A stretch of DNA of 63,784 nucleotides, counting the filler, from Octopus bimaculoides (Eukaryota): the NCBI RefSeq assembly GCF_001194135.2. It is 6 parts of 6 records of this genome, joined end to end, with 100 filler letters (N's around TTAATTAATTAA, not from the genome) between each part and the next. Parts side by side here need not be neighbours in the genome. Positions count along the whole stretch, not along the records: positions 50,928 to 59,254 come from NC_068986.1; positions 59,355 to 60,651 come from NW_026430388.1; positions 60,752 to 63,784 come from NW_026399045.1; 3 more parts are not named here. One strand, written 5' to 3'. Position 1 is the stretch's first letter; each line of letters opens with the position of its first letter. The position numbers and the translations under genes were made by a program. Below, piece by piece: positions 51,722 through 63,784 of this stretch. The notes beneath the pieces are model-generated. The model saw only the letters and a program-made list of their open reading frames with translations. It made no database searches and was not told where the DNA came from.

Positions 51722-52100
51722 TTGCCAATAAAGCACAATGCCATCTGCTTTAATCCGCCCTGTAATCTAAATGGTTCATCCAATTTTTACGAAGCATTAA
51801 TAACATGGGTAAAAGTGCATTTCTCTTTTCGTGATAAGTATTACAAATTATTTAACAAGAATACTTTGAAAGTTATCTACAGCAATGTGATCAATATGAT
51901 GAATTGCGTTTCCTACAATAGCAAAGTAAATTATAGATGCTATAAATTGCATTCGTCAGTAAGTGAGATTGCCCTCTAGATCTTAAGCTGCACATCAATG
52001 CTTTGAGTTACTTCGACAAAGTGTATTTAGCTGACCAAAGTTAAAATAAATTTCTAGAGCATCTGGATCACAATGTATATGCACCACTGAAAACTCTTTC
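51722..52100 (+). mobile_element. Decayed Penelope-like element fragment (Naiad/Chlamys-type RT thumb-linker and start of GIY-YIG)
   Basis: HNAICFNPPCNLNGSSNF...VHFSFRDKYYKLFNKNTLKVIYSNV, resembling (I)WFNPPxxxNVxTN...KHFxxxHKxHKIFNxNTxKVSYS, followed by a frameshifted C-rich CPLD segment. Confidence 0.65.
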
Positions 52101-52874
52101 ATCCTGACGATTCTTGTCAACTTGTTGAAGAAAATGAATAACCTAGTTTCAAATTGCTTTCAATAAAAAGAAGGAAAAGAAATGTATCGAACTTGCGTAC
52201 TGAATAAACTTTATGCGTGGAATTCTTTGAAATACTTTTTTTCAAATTTCTTATAGAACTTCTTTGAAGATCTACATATATCTAACGTATATTAATAGGC
52301 TTCCTTCCTAACAAGAACAAAGTGCCGAAGGCTTGCTGGTAGCTCAGTTTTATTCAAAGATATTTGACATATCACAGAAAGCTGTTAACAATCAGTATTA
52401 TTTTTACGTGGAAAAAATACGCGAATTTATCTACCGAATCTTGCGATAGTTTTCGCTTTATTTTATATTACAATATACATTTATTTAAACACCGTCCTCA
52501 TATGTCTGTCGTATCTTACAACTTCTTTACGTAATCTACTCTTTTCTTCATTATTTTTATTACAATATCTTTACAATTTCTATTCTGCGTCATCTTTCAT
52601 TAAACACGTTTTTGTTTTGTCTCATTGTTTATTCCGTTCTGTTTTTCCTTCTTCCCTCAAAAATGTCTTTCATGCTGACATCCCTTTATATCATTATACT
52701 TACCTTTTCTCCTTTCGATTCTACTATATTGATTATACTAAAATCAGTTTGTATTTTGTTTTTCTTTCATTTTTTCTCACTTTACACATTTTTTTAATAT
52801 TTGGAATATTTTCTCATAAGAACTTCACAATCCTTAAAACGCCCTCCTTTATGTTTATAATTAGTCCTAACTAA

Positions 52875-53085
52875 GGCGTCGAACTGACAGAATCGTTAAA
52901 GCATCGCAAAAAAGAAAAAATGTTTTACAACATATGTTTCAACATTTACATTCTGAGTTCAAAATCCACCAGCGTCAAATTTGTTTTACATTACTCGGTA
53001 TCAATGAAATTGAAAACCAGTCAAGTATTTAGATAAAGTGTATAGACTAGCAACCTCCTCCAAAAATTTCTGGCTATGTACATAT
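52875..53085 (+). mobile_element. SINE family A, decayed
   Basis: CTGACAGAATCGTTA head, CATTCTGAGTTCAAAATCCACC. Confidence 0.65.
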
Positions 53086-53131
53086 ATTAATAAGGTACTA
53101 TAAATTCTAACGTGACCTTCTGAAAATGATA

Positions 53132-54332
53132 CAGGGTGCGGCAAAATGATCTGACATATTTATAGGTTAAATAAAATGAAATAGAGTAAAGAATGAACAC
53201 TACGTTTTCATTTACGAAATACACATATAATGCCATTTTACTTCATTAAGAATATCATGAAAATGGCAGAAATTTAGTGACGAATGGTATCTTTTCTTTG
53301 ATTGAGGGCGATGAGTATATACTTCTGATTTCATGTACTCCCACAGAAATAAAATCGCACGGGTTCAAATCAGGTGATCAAGAGGGCTAACCGATGTCAA
53401 ATGACCGGGGTACATCTCCCTCAAAATCCCCATCTCACGCTGAGAAGTGTGGGCTGTTGCCCCATCCTGTTGAAACCAAACATTGTCCCTATCGAGTTCA
53501 TTCAATTTCGGTTTCATAAAAGTCTCTAGCATCGCGCAACATCGATCAGAGTTCACACTCACTATAACATAGTCGTCTTCGAAGAAGTAAGGACCCTAAA
53601 AGAGTAGGCACGGGATCATGTCTACCTAGCCTTATATGCACCGGGACGCTCTTCGTGTTGCTGTTACGGATTCGTTGTTCTTGATAAACGTTTCCACAAT
53701 GAAAGCGCGATGCTCAACCGTCCAATACATGCTGGCAACTGAAAGNNNNNNNNNNNNNNNNNNNNNNNNNNNNNNNNNNNNNNNNNNNNNNNNNNNNNNN
53801 NNNNNNNNNNNNNNNNNNNNNNNNNNNNNNNNNNNNNNNNNNNNNNNNNNNNNNNNNNNNNNNNNNNNNNNNNNNNNNNNNNNNNNNNNNNNNNNNNNNN
53901 NNNNNNNNNNNNNNNNNNNNNNNNNNNNNNNNNNNNNNNNNNNNNNNNNNNNNNNNNNNNNNNNNNNNNNNNNNNNNNNNNNNNNNNNNNNNNNNNNNNN
54001 NNNNNNNNNNNNNNNNNNNNNNNNNNNNNNNNNNNNNNNNAGTAGGCACGGGATCATGTCTACCTAGCCTTATATGCACCGGGACGCTCTTCGTGTTGCT
54101 GTTACGGATTCGTTGTTCTTGATAAACGTTTCCACAATGAAAGCGCGATGCTCAACCGTCCAATACATGCTGGCAACTGAAAGCAAAGTGAAACAAAATA
54201 TCACAAATTGCTCCTATTGAAATAAAATGGAATTATATGTACATTGTGAAACTAAAAACACATTTTTCGTTCTTTACTCTATCTTACTTTTATTAAACCT
54301 ACAAATGTGTCAGATCATTTTGTCGCATCCTG
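53132..54332 (-). mobile_element. Internally deleted mariner-like ITm element with both TIRs and TA target duplication
   Basis: About 68-bp TIRs (CAGGGTGCGGCAAAATGATCTGAC.../...GTCAGATCATTTTGTCGCATCCTG) flanked by TA at 53130-53131 and 54333-54334. N-terminus MYWTVEHRAFIVETF...HDPVP is joined to GPYFFEDD...WFQQDGATAHT. Confidence 0.88.
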
Positions 54333-55831
54333 TATATCTCTCATTATAATTAATTCAATCTGCATCTTTTTCTCGCTATTGGTCGTCAGTTATATAACCA
54401 CAAAAACCTTACTCTTTCTTTCCTTACATTCACACACCTCGTAATTAAAATAATTCTTAACATAAAGCTTATTGTATTCATTAACGTGAGCCGCAGTACA
54501 GGAGTAGAAGCACTTCCTAATATATTTCATTTTCATATACCTCTTTCGATCCGATGCACCCGATAACGCTACATTTTATATTCGTAATTTTATACGAACC
54601 GTCCTTTATTTTTCTACTCCTCTCGTGCATTTGTTCTTTCTTACCTGGTATTTCGAGGAATTACATTTACTCAGTCCTGTCTCAAGTAACCTAGGTTGTA
54701 TATTATACTCTACCTGTCACTTCTCCCAAAATATACACTCATGTACGAGCACACACATATGTATACTAAACACATATATGCATACATATGCATAAATGTA
54801 TGCGTGACTCGGATTAACGAAGCTAGCCAATACATTACAGGCACACAGCATTTGATTATTTTCGAAACGGATTGTCAACTCAAATTTTTGACCGAGATTT
54901 AAATCATTTCGAAGATATGACAAAACAAAACAAATCTTAACCAGATGCCACGAAATTAGATCGGATATGGGAAATTAAAAACACTTGTAAAGTATTATGT
55001 ACGATTAACAAAGGAAATAACTTCGCCTAACACACACTCGATACAAGAGAAATTTTAAAAATTTAAACCCACCGGCTCTATGCTTCCGATATGTCCTTCA
55101 CAAAGGATAGTGATTCTCCCGGCCTGAGGAGAAGCATGGTTCTCGAAACTATATTGTGTCGAGGAAAAATTGCTGCGATATAAAATGGGTTGTATTTAAT
55201 TTATATTGTCATGTGTCAAATATTAGCATTTTCCGTTTTTCTTCATTCTGTACGCTAATGGCGCAGATCCAAACAAATTATAATTTTATGAATATTTCCT
55301 GATCATACCTAATGAGAAATACCTTGCTATGACTAATTACATTGTATCCTGCGGTTTATGTATGAGTCTTAACAGACACACATGTACATATACGCATGTG
55401 TATATTTATAAATATATACATAAATATATATATATATAATGCGTATATAAATGTATACATACACACATATCAATATATATGTGTCCATTTATTTTTAGCT
55501 AGTGTATATATATATATATATATATATATNNNNNNNNNNNNNNNNNNNNNNNNNNNNNNNNNNNNNNNNNNNNNNNNNNNNNNNNNNNNNNNNNNNNNNN
55601 NNNNNNNNNNNNNNNNNNNNNNNNNNNNNNNNNNNNNNNNNNNNNNNNNNNNNNNNNNNNNNNNNNNNNNNNNNNNNNNNNNNNNNNNNNNNNNNNNNNN
55701 NNNNNNNNNNNNNNNNNNNNNNNNNNNNNNNNNNNNNNNNNNNNNNNNNNNNNNNNNNNNNNNNNNNNNNNNNNNNNNNNNNNNNNNNNNNNNNNNNNNN
55801 NNNNNNNNNNNNNNNNNNNNNNNNNNNNNNN

Positions 55832-55863
<32 letters not shown>

Positions 55864-56319
55864 ATATATATACGTACACACACACAATTTCACGCATGCA
55901 CACGCGCCCACACACACACACACATACATATAATTATGTACATGGACTGGAAGTAAAAGCGTGCGAGTGTGCGTTTGTTTATTGGAGATAAACAGACAGA
56001 GAAAACACAAGCAGTAATAGAGAAAGAGAGAGAGAGAGAGAGCGAGAGAGAGGGGGGGGAGAATACCAACACAAAAGAGAAATTATGCAAGTTGTAATTA
56101 AGAAGAACATTGTCAAAGCTATTAATAATATTCACAAACCATTCTAATTATTCAAATTATAGCAACATTATCGCAACACTATCTGAACAACGATATAATG
56201 TATTGCAATTAATGAAATTATATAGCAATGAATGAATAAATAAACAAATAAGTAAATGTGATTAAATTGTTAATTATTAAATTAATTAATATCACCATGG
56301 TGACTGGAATCGACGTGTG

Positions 56320-56513
56320 TATTATCGTTATCATCATCACCATCATCGCCATCATCGCCTTCAACATCATCATCATCATCATCATCATTATTATAATAAT
56401 AATTATGTTGTTCTTGATATTGTTCTTGTTGTGATCATCATCGTCACCATCATCGTCATCATCATTGTCATCATCATCATCATTATCATCATCATCATCA
56501 TCACCATCATCAC

Positions 56514-56582
<69 letters not shown>

Positions 56583-56585
56583 GTT
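56320..56585. repeat. (CAT)n-(TAT)n compound microsatellite
   Basis: Direct reading. Confidence 0.95.
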
Positions 56586-57057
56586 TATTATTGATCTCTA
56601 CTTACTCATTTATGTATGAACATTCTGAATCAGCCAAGACTTAATGTAACATTTACATAAATTATTTATAGCAAAGATTCTTAAAACTATCAAACTGAGT
56701 ATTTGAAAGTTTGGTAATTAATTTCAGAATCTGTTATTTTGCATTTCTTCATATTTCTTCCAGTGTCAGGTAAAGAGAAAGTGTACCAGAAATTGTAGAA
56801 CATGGTTCTAAACGGCTGAAGTGTTTAATATCGTGCCTTTGTTAAAATTTTGCGTTGTGTGACTCAAAAATATGATTGTGCTTTGCGCTTGGCGATTGAT
56901 TTTTTTTCTGTTCTTTTCTTCACATATGATTGGTGATAATTCAACAATCAAAACTTAAATTATAATCTGGCCTAAATATCTAAATCAAATCCTTGATCCT
57001 CTTTCTTCCTCTGAACATCTATAACTACAAGAAAATTGTTGTCTCTGTATGAACATA

Positions 57058-57545
<488 letters not shown>

Positions 57546-57864
57546 GACACCCTATTTAATGGATCGTTTTCTTTACATCTCTTATACTCTATCCTCTCCT
57601 ATATTTTTATGTATTTATTCATATCGCGTTCGAATACGAGGTATTCAAACAATACATTCTTTATGTAATTTGGAACGGATTTTCAACTTGTTTTGTATAC
57701 TTTACTTTGAATTTACCGTTTTACCTGCCACCTGTTCGTAATTTTCTCCGCTGGGACATTTTTTTCTCTCTGCTCTTCATTACCTGCAATATGAAATTGC
57801 TTCTGTTTTTTTGAATATCACAATTCTCAGCTACAATTAAACATTTAATAAGTTTATTTGAATA

Positions 57865-58020
57865 TATAGGCGCATGCGAGGCTGAGTGGTAATAAATTTG
57901 CTTCCCAACTATATGGTCCCAGGTTCAGTCCCACTGCGTGGCACCTTGGTCCAGTATCTTCTACTATAGCCTTGTGAGTGAATTTGGTAGGGCGGAAACT
58001 GAAAGAGGCCAATCGCATAT
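57865..58020 (+). mobile_element. SINE family C 5' half
   Basis: CAGGTTCAGTCCCACTGCGTGGCACCTTGG...GGCGGAAACTGAAAGAGG. Confidence 0.82.
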
Positions 58021-58782
58021 ATACGTGTGTGTGTGCGTATGTGTGTGTGTGTGTGTGTTCGTGTGTGTGTGTACGTGTGCGTGCGTGTTTCGTTTCATGA
58101 GGAAGCCATTCGACTCCATCAGTTTTATTACACGTACACCATACCACATTATCCACAATTCATAAAACTTTTTAATGAACAAGGCACTATATTACATTCT
58201 CAACATTGATAATTTCAGTTTATATATAGTCCTCTATCTGATGAGAGCGGGGTTAACATTTTTATTTAAAAAAACAAGTGAAGCATTACCAAATAACTAT
58301 CCAAAAATATGATTATTTATTGTATACCACGAGTAGTGAGTGTTTGTAACTACTTCCAACTACACGTGATACAGGTCTCCTCAGGCAACGTTAACATAGT
58401 TCTAATGAATGCAAGGGCAGCGTAATTCACGAGAGACGCCTGCCTTTTCTCATTGTATTCTATGGAGAGAAGCAGTCATTTATCATTTAAGGCCATTCTT
58501 GTCTCTGCTAATTGAGATTTGCAGATCTTGTTAATTGAAATTTCAGCGATGTATATTAATGATTCAAAAAATGTATATCTCCAGTGATACATAACAGTGC
58601 TATATCAGACAGGGGTTTTCTCTAAGAAAAGAGACATCACTGCAAATTCATGTAATAATCGCAGAAAAAACAATGACTAGCAAAATGAGAGCAAAATGAA
58701 TATTTTTACCACTATTTTCAAAGTTTTCATATTTAAAGTAAGGCTTAGAAACAAAATCTGCAGCTAATTTTATATTGTACAA

Positions 58783-59212
58783 AGGCGGCGAGCTGGCAAA
58801 AATGTTAGCATGCCGGGCGAAATGCTCGGCGGTATTTCGTCTGTCTTTACGTTCAGAGTTCAAATTCGGCCGCGATCGACTTTGCCTTTCATCATTTCGG
58901 GGGTCGATAAATTACGTACCAATTACGCACTGGGGTCGATGTAATCGACTTAATCCATTTGTCTCTCCTACTTTGTCCCCTCTATATTTAGCCCTTTCTG
59001 GGCAATAAAGAAATAAGAAACGTTAGCACGCCGGGCGGAATGCTTGGCGGTGTTTCGTCTGTCTTTACGTTCAGAGTTCAAGTTCCGCTGAGGTCAACTT
59101 TGCCTTTCATCCTTTCGGGGTCGATAAATTAAGAACCATTTGCGTACAGGGGTCGATCTAATCGACTGGCCCCCTCCCCAAAAATTTCGGGCCTTGTGCT
59201 TAGTGTTGGAAA
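58783..59212 (+). mobile_element. SINE family A head-to-tail dimer
   Basis: GGCGGCGAGCTGGC head...GGGCAATAAAGAAATA|AGAAACGTTAGCACGCCGGGC...AAAATTTCGGGCCTTGTG. Confidence 0.92.
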
Positions 59213-61669
59213 GAATATTACATTGTACAAGATATATGTATATGTATGTATATANNNNNNNNNNNNNNNNNNNNNNNNNNNNNNNNNNNNNNNNNNNNTT
59301 AATTAATTAANNNNNNNNNNNNNNNNNNNNNNNNNNNNNNNNNNNNNNNNNNNNATATATATATATATATACTATGGGCTTATTTCAGTTTCTGTATTAG
59401 TGTATTATGTGTATCAATAGATATCAGCATGGAGAGTGTGATATATTGTCGGACAAATCATATCCAATATTGAGTTAAGGGATCGTGAAATGTGGTTCAA
59501 GTTTCCGGAGCTGCTATTCATTAGAGTTAACTGGACTCCATATGCAGGAAATTTCCTTTTCTATCAAAATTTGTGGGTTGTGAGTTTCAGTGTTGATTTT
59601 GAAATATTACTATTAAATTTGTGAAAATCGCCGTTATTAATTTTCATATCTGTATTTCCTGAGGGCTGTCTTTTTGGCAACATCTTTAGAACATCAGAAA
59701 AATGGTATTTGTTCCGGTTCTTTACGTTTTGAATTCATATTTTGTGGTGTTCTCAGGTTTTCATCCTTCAATGGTTGATATAATTTGTACTTGGAATGAT
59801 TTAATCGACCATACTTACACCACAAAAACGAAATAAAAAATATCGCCTCAAGCCATGAGCTTCTGATAGAAAGAATTGTGTACGAAACTTCTCACAATAA
59901 GTCGTTTATGCTGATATTTTTGTCAGCAACAACATGTTGATAATTTCCTTCTCAGATTTCGTTATAAGTTACTGATTCTCTCTTGATTGGCACAAGAAAA
60001 AAGAAAGTGAGCGTGAAAGAGGTGCTAACTTGTGTCATGAATTTCGGGTAATTTATTGGCGAAATCAAGATAAGAAAAAAAATACCACTTTCCAAGAGTC
60101 TAATAATTACAAGTAGAATATTATAATACCAGAATACGGCTTACTTCTGAGACATAAAGTAAGTCATTATTGAAGCCTTCATATGCAGGAAAAGATAGTT
60201 AAAAAAAAAACAAGACAAAGCTGCATTGATATTTCTTATATATTTACACTGCTGTACTAAATAATACTCTTCACATTTACGCAAATATAATAGAGGATGC
60301 AAACAGGACAATATAACAGTAGATAGTCGACAGACTAACAAGAAATAGCGGCAGAATTGCACTCAAGGTATACATAAAATTACATGACGATCAATGTTTT
60401 ATTGTTGTGCTCACGAGTCTACTTATAAGGCGGTAAGAAAGGTCTAAACAAACATATACACATGTTCACTGACAATGGCTGCAGAGACATGCCCACAATA
60501 CGCCATGGCACTACATTAAGAGCTACAATATATTATAGCACTTCCATGAAATAAAACACATAGCAATCAACTAAACATCAGCCCTTATGTATTTATATGT
60601 ATACATGTATGTGTGTTATCTATGTATGTATGTATCCATACATATATATACNNNNNNNNNNNNNNNNNNNNNNNNNNNNNNNNNNNNNNNNNNNNTTAAT
60701 TAATTAANNNNNNNNNNNNNNNNNNNNNNNNNNNNNNNNNNNNNNNNNNNNTATACACACATATATACACACATATCAGCTGCATATGCATGGATATGGT
60801 GTTTTTGTTTTTTTTTTTAATTCCATTTCCAATTTTCATCTCAATGTGGCTTCCTGTCTCAGTATCCCTCCTTCTTTCATTCCTTCCTCTCCCTTCATCT
60901 CATTTGTGGTTCCACTCCCCCACCCCCACCCCCCTATTTAAATAACCCCGTCACCTAAATATTACATTCCAGGTCTCTCATATTCCTGTATATCTTCTAT
61001 TCCATTTATCTGTTTTATATTCCCGTGTGTAGTAAATTCCTCATGAAATATCATCCCTTGATATCATGTGATCAATATTAACCACTAATTAATATCCTGC
61101 TAATTATGTCCATCTTTTACTTCTATTTTATTCTCTGTTGTTGTCTTTTTATCTTTTTTTCTTTCTTTCTTTCTCTTTTTAACATTTTGATCCTAATTTC
61201 ATAATTCTATTGAAAATAATATTATCTCATCTCATTCCATCAATTTAATCAATTAATCGAATTGTACTTCAGTTTTGTATCTGGTTTGCTAGATTCTTTA
61301 TGTGAATTTGTGTGTTGAAACAAATTTTGTTGTATCTAGGGACGGTCATTATGTCAACATTATTAACACACACACACACTGGTTCAATTCCACTCCTTTT
61401 TTATTAGTTAGCCACGCATGTCAAGCGATATGATGTGCTTGAGAAGACCTGCTGAGTCAAGTAAAACCATAAACGACGACGATGATGATGATGATGATGA
61501 TGAATTGGTTAAATATCAAAAAATATAATTGATTATCGATGAAAAGTTTGCAAGTAGCAACAAAAAAGCTTTGACAAACAAAAGAAAAAAAAAAAACATG
61601 ATTTTTCTGTTTAACCAAATTAAACAGTCAATTAGTTAGTTGGATATTTAACCAGAACCCTGCCAGTGC

Positions 61670-61955
61670 AGGGGCCACTTAAAAAGTACTCAGTCCACAC
61701 TGTAAAGTGGTTGGCATTTATTTGGTAGGGCATCCAGCTGTAAAAACCATGCTAAAACTGACCTCGCCTGTGCGAGTGCCACGTAAAAAGCCCTCAGCCC
61801 ATTCGACAGAGTGGTTGGTTGTTAGGAAGGGCACCCAGCCATAAAAACCCTGCCTAAGCACAGAAGCATGGTGCAGGCCCCTGCCTGACCAGCCCCTGTC
61901 AGACCATCCAACCCCATACCAGCATGGAAGGAGGATGTTAAACGATGGTGATGGA
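61670..61955 (+). mobile_element. SINE 3' part with tandem-duplicated subunits and an RTE-like tail
   Basis: Two ...ACGTAAAAAG...GAGTGGTTGG...AGGGCATCCAGC units, ending CCAGCATGGAAGGAGGATGTTAAACGATGGTGATG. Confidence 0.65.
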
Positions 61956-62147
61956 CATGAACCAGTGCGTGTGTTAATAAGATTGGCATAAATGATTCTC
62001 CCTAGACACAACAAAATCTAATTATATCTTATTAATAATTCAATTAAAATCTTCCTGGACATTAATTTCTCAGATTTCATTGATTATGTAATTGCATGCA
62101 TGTTAAATGGTTTTTTTGTTTCCTATTAATTCAGTTATATTTTTTAC

Positions 62148-62600
62148 CCACACTCATTCAACTACTCATGCTCTCACTCAACTACCCACACTCTCACTCA
62201 ATTGCCCACACCTTCACTCAACTACACACACTCTGTCAACTGCCCACATTCTCACACCAGCTGCCCACATTCTCACTCAACTACCCACACTCTCATTCAA
62301 CCACCCTCGCTCTCACTCAGCTACCCACACACTCAATTGCCCATATACTCACTCAATTGCCCACACACTCACTCAATTGCCCACAAACCCACTCAATTGC
62401 CCACACTCTCACTCAACTGCCATCACTCTCACTCAGCTACCCACACAATCAATTGCCCACATACTCACTCAGTTGCCCACACACTCACACAATTGCCCAC
62501 ACTCTCACTCAGCTACCCACACACTCAATTGCCCATATACTCACTCAATTGCCCACACTCTTACTCAACTGCTCACACTCTCACTCAACAGTCCACACTC
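62148..62600 (+). repeat. C/A-rich minisatellite, about 20-bp unit (ACTCAATTGCCCACACACTC), about 20+ degenerate copies
   Basis: Consecutive 20-mers at 62331-62430, with shorter 16-18-bp variants elsewhere. Confidence 0.92.
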
Positions 62601-62780
62601 TTGCTCACCTGCTCACACTACCCACATTCACATACCTTTATACTCCCCTACACTTTAACTCTAACTCCCTTATCCACCACTCAACAATATCCCCCACCCC
62701 CTCATACCTGTCATAATTCTCCATTAAACTAGCGGCACGTTTTGCTACAGAGTATTTTTCCGTTTTCTGTCTTCTTTTAG

Positions 62781-62905
62781 CCTGAACTCCTCGATAATGT
62801 TGCTCTTAACCTTCACCGCATCGATAAGGACGTGCAGAGGTGTGACCGAAATTACTGGTATTTCACCCCCGCAAACCTCGACAAGTTAAGGAACATTATG
62901 TGCAC
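62781..62905 (+). CDS. SGSM1/2: Internal exon of SGSM1/2 (RUTBC)-family RUN-TBC Rab-GAP, TBC domain
   Basis: Acceptor TTTTCTGTCTTCTTTTAG, donor GTAAGA. 125 nt encoding [41 protein letters not shown] plus AC, including the catalytic IxxDxxR motif (IDKDVQR). Confidence 0.95.
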
Positions 62906-62939
62906 GTAAGAACACTCATTAATATCCTCAGTGTGGACC

Positions 62940-62971
<32 letters not shown>

Positions 62972-62977
<6 letters not shown>

Positions 62978-63178
62978 CTTTACTACCCACAAGGGGCTAC
63001 ACACAGAGGGGACAAACAAGGACAGACAAACGGATTAAGTCGATTATATCGACCCCAGTGCGTAACTGGTACTTATTTAATCGACCCCGAAAGGATGAAA
63101 GGCAAAGTCGACCTCGGCGGAATTTGAACTCAGAACGTAGCGGCAGACGAAATACCGCTAAGCATTTCGCCCGGCGTG
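62972..63178 (-). mobile_element. SINE family A, long-tail subfamily, antisense inside the 498-nt SGSM intron
   Basis: Near-identical to the reverse complement of 18915-19143. Confidence 0.93.
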
Positions 63179-63257
63179 TGTGTGTGTGAGAGAGAGAGAG
63201 AAGGAGAGAGGCATATGCTTAAATGGTGATAGATTTGCATTGGTTATGATATAGAGA

Positions 63258-63352
63258 TGGTGTGAAGGTGCATGGCTCAATGGTTAGAGCATTGGGCTCA
63301 CAATCGTGAGGTAGTGAGTTCGATTCCCAAACCAGGGCTGCATGTTGTTGTT
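63258..63352 (+). mobile_element. SINE family B head fragment
   Basis: GGCTCAATGGTTAGAGC...GTGAGTTCGATTCCC. Confidence 0.8.
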
Positions 63353-63403
63353 TTTTTAAGAGCCACTGATCTAAACCATTATAATTCCTTCTTCTATTTT
63401 CAG

Positions 63404-63486
63404 GTATGTTTGGGAGCACCTTGAAATTGGTTATGTTCAAGGAATGTGTGATCTTGTAGCACCGTTGTTAGTTATATTTGATGATG
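63404..63486 (+). CDS. SGSM1/2: Next SGSM1/2 exon, TBC domain (YxQG motif)
   Basis: Acceptor TTCTTCTATTTTCAG, donor GTAAGT. 83 nt: G plus [27 protein letters not shown] plus G. The phase fits the previous exon (AC+G = Thr). Confidence 0.95.
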
Positions 63487-63552
63487 GTAAGTTGCGTCTA
63501 ATTGTGTGGTCAATATCTGCATGGTCTTCTTCACAATCATTTTCTATCACCA

Positions 63553-63784
63553 TCTCTGCCTCTTTCTCTCTTTCCCCCTCTCTGCCTCTTTCTCTCTTTC
63601 CCCCTCTCTGCCTCTTTCTCTCTTTCCCCCTCTCTGCCTCTTTCTCTCTTCCCTCCCTCTGCCAATTTGTCTCTCTTTCCTTCTCTCCTTTCTCTTTCTC
63701 TGACAAATTCTCTCTCTCTCTCTCTCTTCCTCTGTGCCAGATTCTCTTGCTCTCTGCCAGATTCTCTTCCTCTGTGCCAGATTC
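63553..63784 (+). repeat. Pyrimidine-rich minisatellites (26-bp unit x4, then 20-bp unit x3)
   Basis: TCTTTCTCTCTTTCCCCCTCTCTGCC at 63561, 63587, 63613 and 63639; CTCTGTGCCAGATTCTCTT units at the window end. Confidence 0.9.

Noticed and set aside
52104-52140. CTGACGA-TTC...GAA-GAAA hammerhead-like string
   Set aside because: No stem III, cleavage triplet or stem I; it lies within the decayed PLE coding remnant.
58238-58300. CTGATGAG core-like sequence
   Set aside because: No matching stem II or GAAA follows.

Overview
AT-rich, microsatellite-dense animal genomic DNA with many assembly gaps. The repeat landscape looks like an octopus genome; this is inferred from the repeats, not proven. Host coding sequence is limited to two + strand exons near the end (62781-62905, 63404-63486), which encode part of the TBC (Rab-GAP) domain of an SGSM1/2 (RUTBC) orthologue. 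The rest is intronic or intergenic. It holds about 30 copies of three tRNA-derived SINE families, decayed LINEs (R4/Dong, RTE, two CR1-like, an L1/Tx1-like ORF1), five Tc1/mariner remnants, Penelope-like remnants and many simple repeats. Four observations stand out. (1) Two tandem type I hammerhead-ribozyme motifs lie 329 nt apart (9661-10040), a retrozyme-like layout, though each copy has damaging substitutions. (2) An apparently ORF1-only LINE-like element sits inside a SINE with a 6-bp target-site duplication and shares a 26-nt 3' terminus with one SINE subfamily. (3) SINE dimers have identical junctions at two loci. (4) A near-perfect 62-bp inverted repeat lies at 18379-18517. All family assignments come from motif recognition by eye; no searches were run, and repeat boundaries are approximate.
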